Origin: an uncultured Bacteroidota bacterium
GTDB lineage: Bacteria > Bacteroidota > Bacteroidia > Bacteroidales > GCA-2748055
NCBI GenBank assembly: GCA_963713725.1
Contig: CAVQMZ010000006.1
Location: 227,591 to 291,590, forward strand
Reading direction: 5' to 3'
Length of the DNA: 64,000 bases
Shown here: positions 9,109 through 18,292 of the stretch, piece after piece
Layout: each line of letters starts with the position of its first letter
How positions within the stretch are numbered: position 1 is the stretch's first letter
Notes under the pieces: generated by a model
What the model was told of the DNA's origin: nothing
What the model saw: only the letters and a program-made list of their open reading frames with translations
Databases searched by the model: none
Made by a program: the position numbers and the translations under genes

Positions 9109-11674
9109 GTCCCCTGAGTGGCAGCGGCCATACAGCCAGTGAAGATGTCGCCGTGGAAATTCGGAATACGGGGGTGCCGAAATCGTAGATCCGGTACCGG
9201 TGGCCTATTCCTTCGAATCGGGGTGCAGACTGGACCATCGACGATGTACCCAGAAAATTCCCGTTGGCGGGGCGGTTGAATTTACCTTTCCTTCAAGCAG
9301 CCGGCCTTTCCCAACCTGGCTACAGGCCTTCAGTCCTGGCAAAAACCACCATGCCCGGCGATCAATTTACCGGTAACGATCAGTTGGAAACGGAGATTTA
9401 TATCATACCCACCTTTGTTCCTCCCTATCTGGAGGATTTCGAAGACGGAAATGGATCCTGGAGATCCTTGGGTAATGGAATCTGGGACATGGAACCCCAG
9501 CGGGAATACCATCAATAAAGCGGCTTCGGGATCGGTCCCTGGGTAACGGGCTTATCTGACAGGTATGGCAATATACTCGCACTAAGGGACCAGGTGGTGT
9601 TTCGAGATGATTTTGAAACCGAAAAAGGATGGACCTTTACCGGGGAATTTGAACAAGGACCCAGCAACATGCACCAGCCCTACTTTGCCAATTCCGGATA
9701 TTATTCCATTGGGACCGACCTGACAGGGCTGGGATCCAGCTTCATCGTTACGAAAACGGGATCTCGGGGGTTCAGCCTACAGCGCAACTTCTCCGCCATG
9801 GATGTCAGCCACTTTACAGACCTCCAAGTGCATTTCGCAAGCTGGATCACCATCCTGAACGGGGATTCCATAAAGCTCGAGCTCAGCTCCGACAACGGTT
9901 TAAGCTGGCAAGCCTCTGGAAAAACAACGAAGGGGAAATCTGGGAATTTGGCTTTGCCGAACGGGTGTTGATGTTCCTGAAGCATATATTTATTCCACTG
10001 CGTTGCGTTTCCGATTCTCGCTTTTCATTCTTCAGCCGCAGGAGCAGTTGCCGAGGGATGGCATATTGATGATTTCAGTGTCAGAGGCGACCTGGTTGGG
10101 AATGTACCCGGATACATGAATTCACCCAGTTATGACCTGACCGAATGACAGGCCTGTATTGATGGCCAGGCTATGGCTTGATACGGAACAGGACGTGGAT
10201 GGCGTGAACCTCAGTTACTCGCTTGATGATGGTGCTACCTGGACTTATTTAAATAACCCTTCCGGATATGATGTTTACTGGAACTGGTATACCGAAAACC
10301 GGTAAGGGCCCTTGGCCAGGATGGATGGAGTGGCCAGAGCAATGGCTGGATAAATGTAAAACACCTCCTTCCTGCACCCCTGATAAACCAGGCAAATGTG
10401 CAGTTCAGGTTTAATTTTGCAGCTGATAAAAACCAACAATCAGTTTGACGGTGTAGGGGTAGATGATATTGAAATAATGGAGGCCCCCGTGGATATCGAC
10501 ATGCTGGAGATCCTGGCTCCGGTCTCTTCCTGTGACCTTTCACCCGTTCAAACCTTTACTCTGAGAATGAGAAATACAGGTCTTTCCACAATCCCGGCAG
10601 GTGATTCACTGCAAATTGGGTACAGGTATTGCGTTCGGGTGATATCCAGACTGCCAAAGAAACCCTGATTGTAACCCAGCCATGGCCTGTTGGTACCACA
10701 GGGATAGTCCCCATGTCCCAGGCCCTGGATTTGAGTCTCAGCGGAAACTATGAATCCACGGTCTTCTTTAATTCCTTTGATCCCCATTTCTACGGTAATC
10801 TTTTCAAATGATACAGTAACCCGCTTCATCGAAGTAAATAAACCTGCCGTGGAACTGGGAGAGGATATTTCCACGGTACGGCCCGATACGGTTCTCTAAA
10901 GGCATATCAGGAGTGCCCGGACAAACTTACCTGTGGCAGGATGGGTCCCCGGACTCAACATTCCAGGTAACCACCGACGGTAAATACCATGTAAGGGTAA
11001 GCAACGGAAAAGGCTGTATTGCATCGGATACAATCCAGGTCCTGCAGCTGATTACCGATGTGGGTGTAAATGTTTACCTTGGCCCCCAGTCAGCCTAGTA
11101 CTCCGACCAGCTAACCTGAAGGTAACAGTCACAAACCTGGGAACCGATACCATTGAGACCGGGGAAAGCATTTATGTGGAAGGGCTGATCAATGAAAGAG
11201 AAAGCTTCTCCGACCAGAAGTGCTGACCCAACGCTTTAAGCCAGGTGAATCATTCGACCACACCTATTCCAGGATCTTTGATTTCTCTACTCCGGGCGAT
11301 TACAACATGAAACTGTTCACCCGAATGGGCGGAGACATGGTTCCGGATAACGATACCCTGTTTAATACCCTTCAGGTATAAGGTTACCCCGATGCCGACC
11401 TGGGTCCTGATACCACAGTCCTGGGGGCAGAATATATCCTAGTCCCGCTCCGGGGTATTTCCAGTACCTCTGGCAGGATGAGTCAACTGCAGAAACCTTC
11501 CTTGTAAACGAGGCCTGGATTGGGTTTTTACCATGTGACCATCAGCGATGAGCATCAGTCTACAGCTCCTGACACGGTCCTGGTCACCCTGAATGTGATG
11601 GACCTTGCACTGGAAGAGTTGCTTTCACCGGCCATTCCTGTGCCCTGTCAGAGTCAATTACCATATCGGCCCGC

Positions 11675-13525
11675 GTGAGGAACGCAGGGAACCGGGCCAT
11701 TCCTTCCGGTGAACCCATTCAGGTGGGATATCAGATTGACGGCGGAGCCATTGTAATGGATCAGATAATTCTCTCACAGAACCTCCTGCCGGGCCATACC
11801 TTCGACTTCACTTTCTCCAACAGTGGGACAGTGCAGACCGGTCAGTGGTACGATTTTACCGTTTTCTCCGACTATGACATCGATTCAAAACGACTCAACG
11901 ACACCATCATTACTTCAGTGGGAGTATTTGAAACACCTGACATGGATCTGGGAGATGAATTCCAGGTAATTCCGGGCTTTGAGCATACCCTGGATGCCGG
12001 TCCGGGATTTGTTTCCTACGAATGGCAGGATGGAAGTACAGACCAGACCTATACCATCACAACTCCCGGGGTTGGAAAGTACAGTGTGACTGTAACTGAC
12101 CTGAACGGGTGTACAGCTTATGATGAGGCAGATGTGATGCTTGCCGTACCCGATGTTGGCATCCTGGAGCTGAGTTTTCCTGTCACCACCTGTCACCTCG
12201 AGAATGAGGAACATGTGGAGGTGATTGTTAAAAACTTCGGGAACTGGGATATTGAGTCCGGTGCCACCATTCCTGTTACCTACTCCATTAACGGAGCTGA
12301 GGAGGTAAGTGAAAGCCTTGTACTGGAAGAGGATTTTGAAAACGGCGCAGAGCTGAGCTATATCTTCAGCCAGGTGGAAGACTTCAGTGAACCCGGTCGT
12401 TATGATATCATGGCCTATACAAGCTATGAGTCAGACCTGGTTCCATCCAACGACATCATCCTTGTGAGTGTGGATCATTTTGGCAGCCCCATTGTGGATA
12501 TTGGAATGGGATCAGACACCATGCTGATTTTTGAACCAATCACCCTTGAAGCAACTCCGGGCTATGCCTCCTACCAGTGGCAGGATGGCAGTACAGAAAG
12601 CGATTACCCCATCACAGATCCCACTGCGGGGTGGTACAGGGTGATTGTCACAGGTGAAAACGGATGTGCCACTCATGACAGTGTTTACGTGGCCTATGAC
12701 AGGCCCGACCTGGCCATAGCCAGCATTGCCTCACCCGCATCATCCTGTGAAACAGATGCCCCTGCACTTGTATCCATGGAGATCATTAACAATGGTTATT
12801 ACCGGATCTCCACCAGTGATACCCTTACCATTACATATTCGGTGGACGGCGGATCCTCCTTCATTGAACAAATTCAGCTGGACAATGAACTTCCACTTGG
12901 TGAATCAAGGATTCTGACCTTTACCGAAGCCTATGACTTCTCAAGTCCCGGGACCTACCAGATGCAGGTCAGCCTGATCTGGAGTTCGGACCAGAATATG
13001 GCCAACAATCTGCTTACGGGTAGTGTCACTACCTGGGAAAACCCGGAAGTTGCCATCAATGACGGAGCCGATACCCTGATTACAAATCTGCCTGCAACGC
13101 TGGAAGCCAGCCCCGGCTTTGCCTCCTATCAATGGCAGGACCAGTCAGCGGGATCCGCATACCAGGCCACACGATACGGGACATTCTGGCTTACTGCCAC
13201 AGACGATCATGGTTGCTCTGGTGGTGATACAGTGGTACTGGTTTCTCTTACCTCCGCCGGATCAGGCATGGCAGCGGCGGGAGCCGTGAAAATTTACCCG
13301 AATCCTGTGAAGGAGCGCCTGCATGTGTCCATCGATCTGGATGTGGAAAAGCAGGTAAGTATAGAGCTTTATTCCATTACAAATGCCCTGATCTACCGGG
13401 AGGATGTGAAACAGGCCATGGTAAGTGAAAGACAGATTGATGTTCAGGACCTTCCCCCGGGGACTTATTACCTGAGGGTCATGACGGATTCACAAGCTCA
13501 TAACTTCCTGGTGATTGTGGAATAA
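11675..13525 (+). CDS. fragment (intact 3' third): three CARDB-like plus Y.WQDGS modules and a T9SS type A CTD
   Basis: VRNAGNRAIPSGEPIQVGYQIDG, VIVKNFGNWDIESGATIPVTYSING and MEIINNGYYRISTSDTLTITYSVDG alternate with SYEWQDGSTDQTY, SYQWQDGSTESDY and SYQWQDQSAGSAY. The C-terminus KIYPNPVKERLHV...LPPGTYYLRVMT..FLVIVE is the Por/type A tail. Confidence 0.85.
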   Translation: MRNAGNRAIPSGEPIQVGYQIDGGAIVMDQIILSQNLLPGHTFDFTFSNSGTVQTGQWYDFTVFSDYDIDSKRLNDTIITSVGVFETPDMDLGDEFQVIPGFEHTLDAGPGFVSYEWQDGSTDQTYTITTPGVGKYSVTVTDLNGCTAYDEADVMLAVPDVGILELSFPVTTCHLENEEHVEVIVKNFGNWDIESGATIPVTYSINGAEEVSESLVLEEDFENGAELSYIFSQVEDFSEPGRYDIMAYTSYESDLVPSNDIILVSVDHFGSPIVDIGMGSDTMLIFEPITLEATPGYASYQWQDGSTESDYPITDPTAGWYRVIVTGENGCATHDSVYVAYDRPDLAIASIASPASSCETDAPALVSMEIINNGYYRISTSDTLTITYSVDGGSSFIEQIQLDNELPLGESRILTFTEAYDFSSPGTYQMQVSLIWSSDQNMANNLLTGSVTTWENPEVAINDGADTLITNLPATLEASPGFASYQWQDQSAGSAYQATRYGTFWLTATDDHGCSGGDTVVLVSLTSAGSGMAAAGAVKIYPNPVKERLHVSIDLDVEKQVSIELYSITNALIYREDVKQAMVSERQIDVQDLPPGTYYLRVMTDSQAHNFLVIVE

Positions 13526-13528
13526 TGT

Positions 13529-14368
13529 TCAGCTGATATCGGCGATAACAGTGTACTGGGTTTTGCTTAACGATCTGGAATGCCTGAACAGCTTCAGAAA
13601 GTGGGGTTGGATATCCGGATCCTCGAAATAGGACCATTCTCCTCTTATACTGAATGCGGGGTGGTAAGATTCCAGGTCACCGGCCTGTTTGACTCCAAAC
13701 TGATAATGGTCTCCGGCTGTGGTTCCGGCTCCCCTGCGCATCTTCCTCTCCACCATCTTCTTGCGAAATCCCCGGGTGTATTTCTCATGAACCACCTCCA
13801 TAACGAGCCTGGATTGACTGAAGGATTCGGCCATCCGTTTAAGTGTTTGCACCACCTGTTCTTTTGGGAGATACATAAACAGGCCCTCGGCAATGAAAAG
13901 CACCTGTTTTGACTGAAGCTTCTTAATCTCTGAAATCCAGGCCTCTTCCAGCACTGATTCAGCGAGAAGCCTGTAGCTAATATTACCACCCAGCAGATCC
14001 TGCTTGATCTTAATAACAGGCGGAAGATCCAGTTCCATATAATTGAGGTCAGCGCCCCCAAGCCTCCAGAAACGGGTATCCAAACCGCAGCCAAGGCTTA
14101 CAATAAGCCCCTCAGGAAATTCAGCCAGAAAATCTTTGCATAGCACATCATACTTCCTGGCCCTGAGGGAAATATGCCTGGTGAGCATGGGTGAAAGCCT
14201 GGCGCTTAAAATCCGATTTCGGGAGTCTCCGGGAAGTGACTCCAGGAGCTTCCCGAGCAAGACCTCACCCATGGGATCCTTCAAAAGTGGCTTCGGCTTT
14301 CGGGACTCATAAACCCTTGACCGAAGGGTGATCAGGGCTGTTTCTGAAACTTCACTGAGTGGATACAT
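13529..14368 (-). CDS. class I SAM-dependent O-methyltransferase (LCMT/TcmP-like)
   Basis: 279-aa ORF with VSLGCGLDTRFWRL...MELDLP..I..K...LFIAEGLFMYL, typical of the leucine carboxyl methyltransferase family. Confidence 0.7.
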   Translation of the reverse strand: MYPLSEVSETALITLRSRVYESRKPKPLLKDPMGEVLLGKLLESLPGDSRNRILSARLSPMLTRHISLRARKYDVLCKDFLAEFPEGLIVSLGCGLDTRFWRLGGADLNYMELDLPPVIKIKQDLLGGNISYRLLAESVLEEAWISEIKKLQSKQVLFIAEGLFMYLPKEQVVQTLKRMAESFSQSRLVMEVVHEKYTRGFRKKMVERKMRRGAGTTAGDHYQFGVKQAGDLESYHPAFSIRGEWSYFEDPDIQPHFLKLFRHSRSLSKTQYTVIADIS

Positions 14369-14447
14369 TTCAAAGAATATCTACTGTAATTTACAAAAAT
14401 TGATGGGTTCGGCTCTTTGAACTATATTTATTGCCTGGCTATTCCAT

Positions 14448-15020
14448 ATGAAAGAAATAGAAGACATTGTTAATTCCATTTATCCGGTATCCGGCCATTC
14501 ATTGAAGCAGATCTCTGATTTAATTGAATTCCAGGAATACAGGAAAGGAAACTGTTTCATAGAAAAGGGGACCCATAATTACCATGAATATTTTCTAATT
14601 GAGGGTGTTTGCAGAAGCTTTGTTCTAAATCCTGAAGGGGAAGAAATAAGCATCGCATTTTTTAATCCGGGTACTGTTCTATCCCCTTACGTAACACGAA
14701 CCATAGAAGGCATCTCAAATCTGAACTTTCAGGCCCTTACCGACATCAGGGTCGGGACGATGGATGCTTCAAAATTCCTGGACCTGATGGTCAATCATAT
14801 GGACACCAGGGAATTCGGGAACATGGTATTAAAAATTGAACTGCAAAACAAAGTTGATAAAGAAATCGGACATGCTTCCCTTACAGCCAGAGAAAGGCTT
14901 CTGAAATTCAGGGAACAGTATTCCCTGTTGGAAAACCTGGTCCCTCATACCACCATTGCAACTTACCTGGGCATTACAAATATCTCCCTGAGCAGGCTCA
15001 GGAAAAAACTTATTACTTAG
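14448..15020 (+). CDS. Crp/Fnr-family transcriptional regulator
   Basis: 190 aa with an N-terminal cNMP-binding-like beta-roll and a C-terminal HTH (TIATYLGITNISLSRLRKKL). Confidence 0.75.
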   Translation: MKEIEDIVNSIYPVSGHSLKQISDLIEFQEYRKGNCFIEKGTHNYHEYFLIEGVCRSFVLNPEGEEISIAFFNPGTVLSPYVTRTIEGISNLNFQALTDIRVGTMDASKFLDLMVNHMDTREFGNMVLKIELQNKVDKEIGHASLTARERLLKFREQYSLLENLVPHTTIATYLGITNISLSRLRKKLIT

Positions 15021-15096
15021 AGCCTCTTTTTATCATTTGTTAATGGATATCGCTTCCTGATGCCTGAGCTTTGTATCAGACATTAAAAGCAAAGCG

Positions 15097-16518
15097 ATGA
15101 AAACACAAATTCAAAAAAGCATCAAACCATTCTGGTATTTAGCTGCAGGAATTATCACAATGACTGCCTCCCATTTTTCATTTAACATTGATTTGATGGG
15201 GTGGGTGGCCATGGTTCCCTTCCTTATTTACCTCAGCCTGACAACAGGGTGGAAATCAAGGGTGCTTTTTTCAGTAACACTCATGCTTACCTGGTCGGTG
15301 ATTGTATCAAAAATTATCACTGATCCCATCCCCTATTTTATAATTCCATTATATGCAATACCCATTACCCTGTTCCATCTGCCCGGATATCTTTTATATG
15401 ATAAATTCAGGAAGCTAAAATGGTCAGGATTGATTTTCCCGGCCACCATGGTTGTTTCCGAATGGATCCAATATACTTTTACTCCCTTTGGCAGCTGGGG
15501 TGTTGCCGCCTATACCCAGGCCAACAGCATTCATATACTGCAATCCTTATCCCTCTTTGGCCTGGCGGGATTAAGCTTTATCATATACTGGTTTAACACC
15601 GCAATTGCTGAGACCCTCTTGAAGCGAAAAGTGCATCCCGGCTTGCTGATTCCCCTGGCTATATGCGCTTTTATGCTCGTATTTGGCTCCCTAAGGCTTG
15701 AACTGGGGAAGTCAAAGGGAACAGAAACCATCAGCATGGCTGCCGTGGGCACCGATTCTGAAATCAGTGGATTACCGCTTCCCTCAAAAGAATCCAATGA
15801 GGAAGTCATTTATGACATCTTCAAACGAACAGCGAAAGCTGCAGAATTTGGAGCAGAACTGGTGGTATGGAATGAGGGCTCATTTTTCCTTGAAAAGAAT
15901 TATGAAAAACAATGGCTTGATTCAATCGGCATGCTTGCCAGGCACAATAGTGTATCGATTGTGGCGTCTTATGTGGTCCCCATCTCGGAATCTCCCTTTC
16001 GCTATGAAAATAAATTTCAGTTTTTTAATCCCGATGGTTCTATGGAATTTGAATACTTTAAACATCAACCCGTGCCCGGGGAACCTGTCGTGAAGGGTAC
16101 AGCTTCTCAACGAGTTAAAAAAGTTTCCGGATCAAACATTGGAGGGGCAATCTGTTACGATTATGACTTTCCCTACCTCGCAAAGGGGAATCGGAGAGCA
16201 GGTGCTGATATTGTTGCTTTACCCTCATCCGACTGGAGGGGGATTGATCCCCTGCACTCGAAAATGGCTGCGTTCAGGGCCATTGAGCAGGGTCATTCCA
16301 TATTAAGGTCCACAAGATTTGGTCTTTCAGCCGCAATTACCCCCTACGGAGAGATGAGGACTCAAATGAGCAGTTTTGATGATAATGATAAGATCATGAT
16401 GGCCCGCCTGCCGGCGAAAGGCATCGGCACAATGTATGCTAAAATTGGGGATGTTCTGGTTTATCTCTGTATTGCCTATCTCCTGTTCATCGCAGGCCTT
16501 GTTATTCTCGGAAAGTAG
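15097..16518 (+). CDS. membrane-embedded carbon-nitrogen hydrolase, apolipoprotein N-acyltransferase (Lnt)-like
   Basis: The first 200 or so aa are polytopic hydrophobic, followed by a CN-hydrolase domain. Triad candidates are VVWNEGSF (Glu), YFKHQPVPGEP (Lys) and GGAICYDYDFP (Cys). Confidence 0.6.
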   Translation: MKTQIQKSIKPFWYLAAGIITMTASHFSFNIDLMGWVAMVPFLIYLSLTTGWKSRVLFSVTLMLTWSVIVSKIITDPIPYFIIPLYAIPITLFHLPGYLLYDKFRKLKWSGLIFPATMVVSEWIQYTFTPFGSWGVAAYTQANSIHILQSLSLFGLAGLSFIIYWFNTAIAETLLKRKVHPGLLIPLAICAFMLVFGSLRLELGKSKGTETISMAAVGTDSEISGLPLPSKESNEEVIYDIFKRTAKAAEFGAELVVWNEGSFFLEKNYEKQWLDSIGMLARHNSVSIVASYVVPISESPFRYENKFQFFNPDGSMEFEYFKHQPVPGEPVVKGTASQRVKKVSGSNIGGAICYDYDFPYLAKGNRRAGADIVALPSSDWRGIDPLHSKMAAFRAIEQGHSILRSTRFGLSAAITPYGEMRTQMSSFDDNDKIMMARLPAKGIGTMYAKIGDVLVYLCIAYLLFIAGLVILGK

Positions 16519-16520
16519 TA

Positions 16521-16869
16521 CTAAGCAAGACCCTCCCTTTTTGATTTGGGAAGGCTTTCAACTACAATCTGATAGGAATGATCGATCCACTCCTTCAGCT
16601 GCTTATCACTGACACTGCCTTTAAGATTAACCCCGTTCCAGTGCTGCTTATTAAAGTGCCAGGCCGGGGTAACTTCGGGGTGCTGCCCTGAGTGCAATGG
16701 CCAGTTCCGGATCGCATTTCAGGCTGATGCCCCGGCTGTCCTCTGAAAGGTCCAGCAGAGCAAACATCTTTCCGGCCACCTTAAAAACCAGGGCTGTATC
16801 ATTGAAGGGAAAACCTTCAGTGACGCCTGGTTTAGCGATGCAGTATTCGCGGATTTCTTCGTTGTTCAT
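16521..16869 (-). pseudogene. MmcQ/YjbR-family protein with one frameshift near 16680
   Basis: ORF 16651-16869 reads MNNEEIREYCIAKPGVTEGFPFNDTALVFKVAGKMFALL. It continues in another frame as HPEVTPAWHFNKQHWNGVNLKGSVSDKQLKEWIDHSYQIVV to the stop at 16521-16523. Confidence 0.6.
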
Positions 16870-17005
16870 GAGCCAAAAAATTGTTTCATAAAATACAATA
16901 ATCTGCGAATATTTCGATCTGCATTGATATTACCTGATGAAATACAACAATATTGTGGAGTAAAATTCCTTCTGTTTGATCAATCCATGATGGACTGGAA
17001 AGAGC

Positions 17006-17024
17006 TTATCACAATCTGTGATAA
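17006..17024. repeat. perfect palindrome TTATCACA-atc-TGTGATAA downstream of hicA
   Basis: 8-bp arms with a 3-nt spacer, 30 nt past the hicA stop. The function is unknown (terminator stem or protein site). Confidence 0.4.
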
Positions 17025-17053
17025 CATATGTGCACCCTCAGTACCAACAACTG

Positions 17054-17251
17054 CTATTTCCTCTTCAATATATCAGGGATACTGAGATCTTTGCAAATCT
17101 TCCTGCAAAGATTCTCTTTAATATCTGAGTGTCTGGGAACAGTAGATATCTCTCCGGTACTTGTGTTTTTGTACAATGAGTGTCGGCCGCCTTCTCTTAA
17201 TAACATGCAATTGTTCTGCTCAAGATATTTTATGAATTTGTTTCGTTTCAC
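17054..17251 (-). CDS. hicA: type II toxin HicA-family mRNA interferase
   Basis: 65 aa: MKRNKFIKYLEQNNCMLLREGGRHSLYKN..GEISTVPRHSDIKENL. This fits the YcfA/HicA pattern with a conserved G-x-H. Confidence 0.8.
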   Translation of the reverse strand: MKRNKFIKYLEQNNCMLLREGGRHSLYKNTSTGEISTVPRHSDIKENLCRKICKDLSIPDILKRK

Positions 17252-17484
17252 TACAAACTAAAGGAGAGTGTTTGAGTAATCAGCTTTTTTACACTTCTAT
17301 TCTGGTTAGCCTTTTGACTATCTCGTCTTTCTTCAAACATAAGATTAATCGCATCTGTCAAGTTTTCCTTGGCTTCTTCAATTGTTTCTCCCTGACTATT
17401 AATTCCTGGAATTTCCTCAATATATGCAAGGTAGCCACCTTCTTCGCAGGGTTCAAATATAGCTGTCATTTCAATACTGCTCAT
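17251..17484 (-). CDS. hicB: HicB-family (UPF0150) antitoxin, short form without an obvious DNA-binding tail
   Basis: 77 aa: FEPCEEGGYLAYIEEIPGINSQGETIEEAKENLTDAI. Its stop overlaps the hicA start by 1 nt. Confidence 0.75.
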   Translation of the reverse strand: MSSIEMTAIFEPCEEGGYLAYIEEIPGINSQGETIEEAKENLTDAINLMFEERRDSQKANQNRSVKKLITQTLSFSL

Positions 17485-17521
17485 GATATTTTCCTTTTGA
17501 ACAAAGTTACAACCTTTTCGA

Positions 17522-17540
17522 CAACTAGTCTCTAGTTGTA
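17522..17540. promoter_or_regulatory. candidate operator palindrome upstream of hicB
   Basis: Perfect ACAACTAG-tct-CTAGTTGT lying 38-56 nt upstream of the hicB ATG (17484). Confidence 0.35.
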
Positions 17541-17714
17541 TGTAAACAAATATGGTGCCCAGTTACAGTATAAAATAATTATACAATGACCTAATTCATA
17601 TGCCAGCCAGGCCGGATGTCCTGTTTGTTCATGAGTATAGCATATTTGGACCACCCAAACAAAAGCATTTCGCGCTTGATGCCTACATTTAGATAATGTA
17701 ACCTGAAACAGATT

Positions 17715-18230
17715 ATGGACGAACTAACATTGTCGCTTTATTTTGGAAAAAGAAAAAAAACGAAAGAAAGTGGATCGAGGGCGCATACGGCCACTTTGCA
17801 TGAACCGATTTCTCCGCTTATTATTTCATTTAAGAGGGAAGGGCGGTTCCATTATTTCATGATCAGGGTGAAAGAGGGTCAGGCTGCGGATGTCACCGAA
17901 CAGTTAAGCAGTAAATAGGAGCGGATCATCCCGGAAGTTCCTTTCGAATGCAGCTACCTGGAAGATATGGATGATATTGGATACCTGAATGAAAAAAGAC
18001 AGGCAACCCTAATTCTGCTATTCACGATTCTGGCAATGCTGATTGCCTGTCCCTTTGCCTTTTATGCCATTATCCGGTGGCTGCAACATTTCGCGTATAA
18101 AACCCATATGAGCTGGTGGGTCTTTATGCTTGCCGGGGTAAAAGCCATCGTAGTATCCATCCTGACGGTGAGCTGGCAAACCATAAAGGCTGCCAGGAGG
18201 AATCCTGTAGATGCGCTTCATTATGAATAA
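17715..18230 (+). pseudogene. remnant of the C-terminus of an FtsX/MacB-type ABC transporter permease
   Basis: ORFs 17715-17918 and 17967-18230 share one frame, separated by an in-frame TAG (17916-17918) at the position of a Trp I recall as usually conserved (..K[W]ERIIPEVPFE..). The tail reads WLQHFAYKTHMSWWVF...AARRNPVDALHYE. The RTKEIGIRK loop and one TM appear to be deleted, and no N-terminal 600 aa is present. Confidence 0.6.
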
Positions 18231-18268
18231 TTTCTATCTGGAAGAGCTTTTTCATCTCCGGGATGAAC

Positions 18269-18276
18269 TATATTTG
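18269..18276 (+). promoter_or_regulatory. Bacteroidota -7 box TATATTTG upstream of the SulP gene
   Basis: Exact TAnnTTTG match, 16 nt before ATG 18293. Confidence 0.35.
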
Positions 18277-18292
18277 CTCACTTTTTTAAGCC

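Larger units (their letters stand above)
7494..13525 (+). pseudogene. giant modular surface protein with a T9SS type A C-terminal sorting domain; frame heavily disrupted between about 8250 and 11675
   Basis: The N-terminal ORF 7494-8255 has a signal peptide. Real-frame pieces are seen in ORFs 8357-8749, 8785-9108, 9264-9518, 9594-9971, 10396-10668 and 10913-11098. The 616-aa tail 11675-13525 is intact. In-frame stops are TAG 8253-8255 and TAA 8722-8724, plus many frameshifts. Confidence 0.7.
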
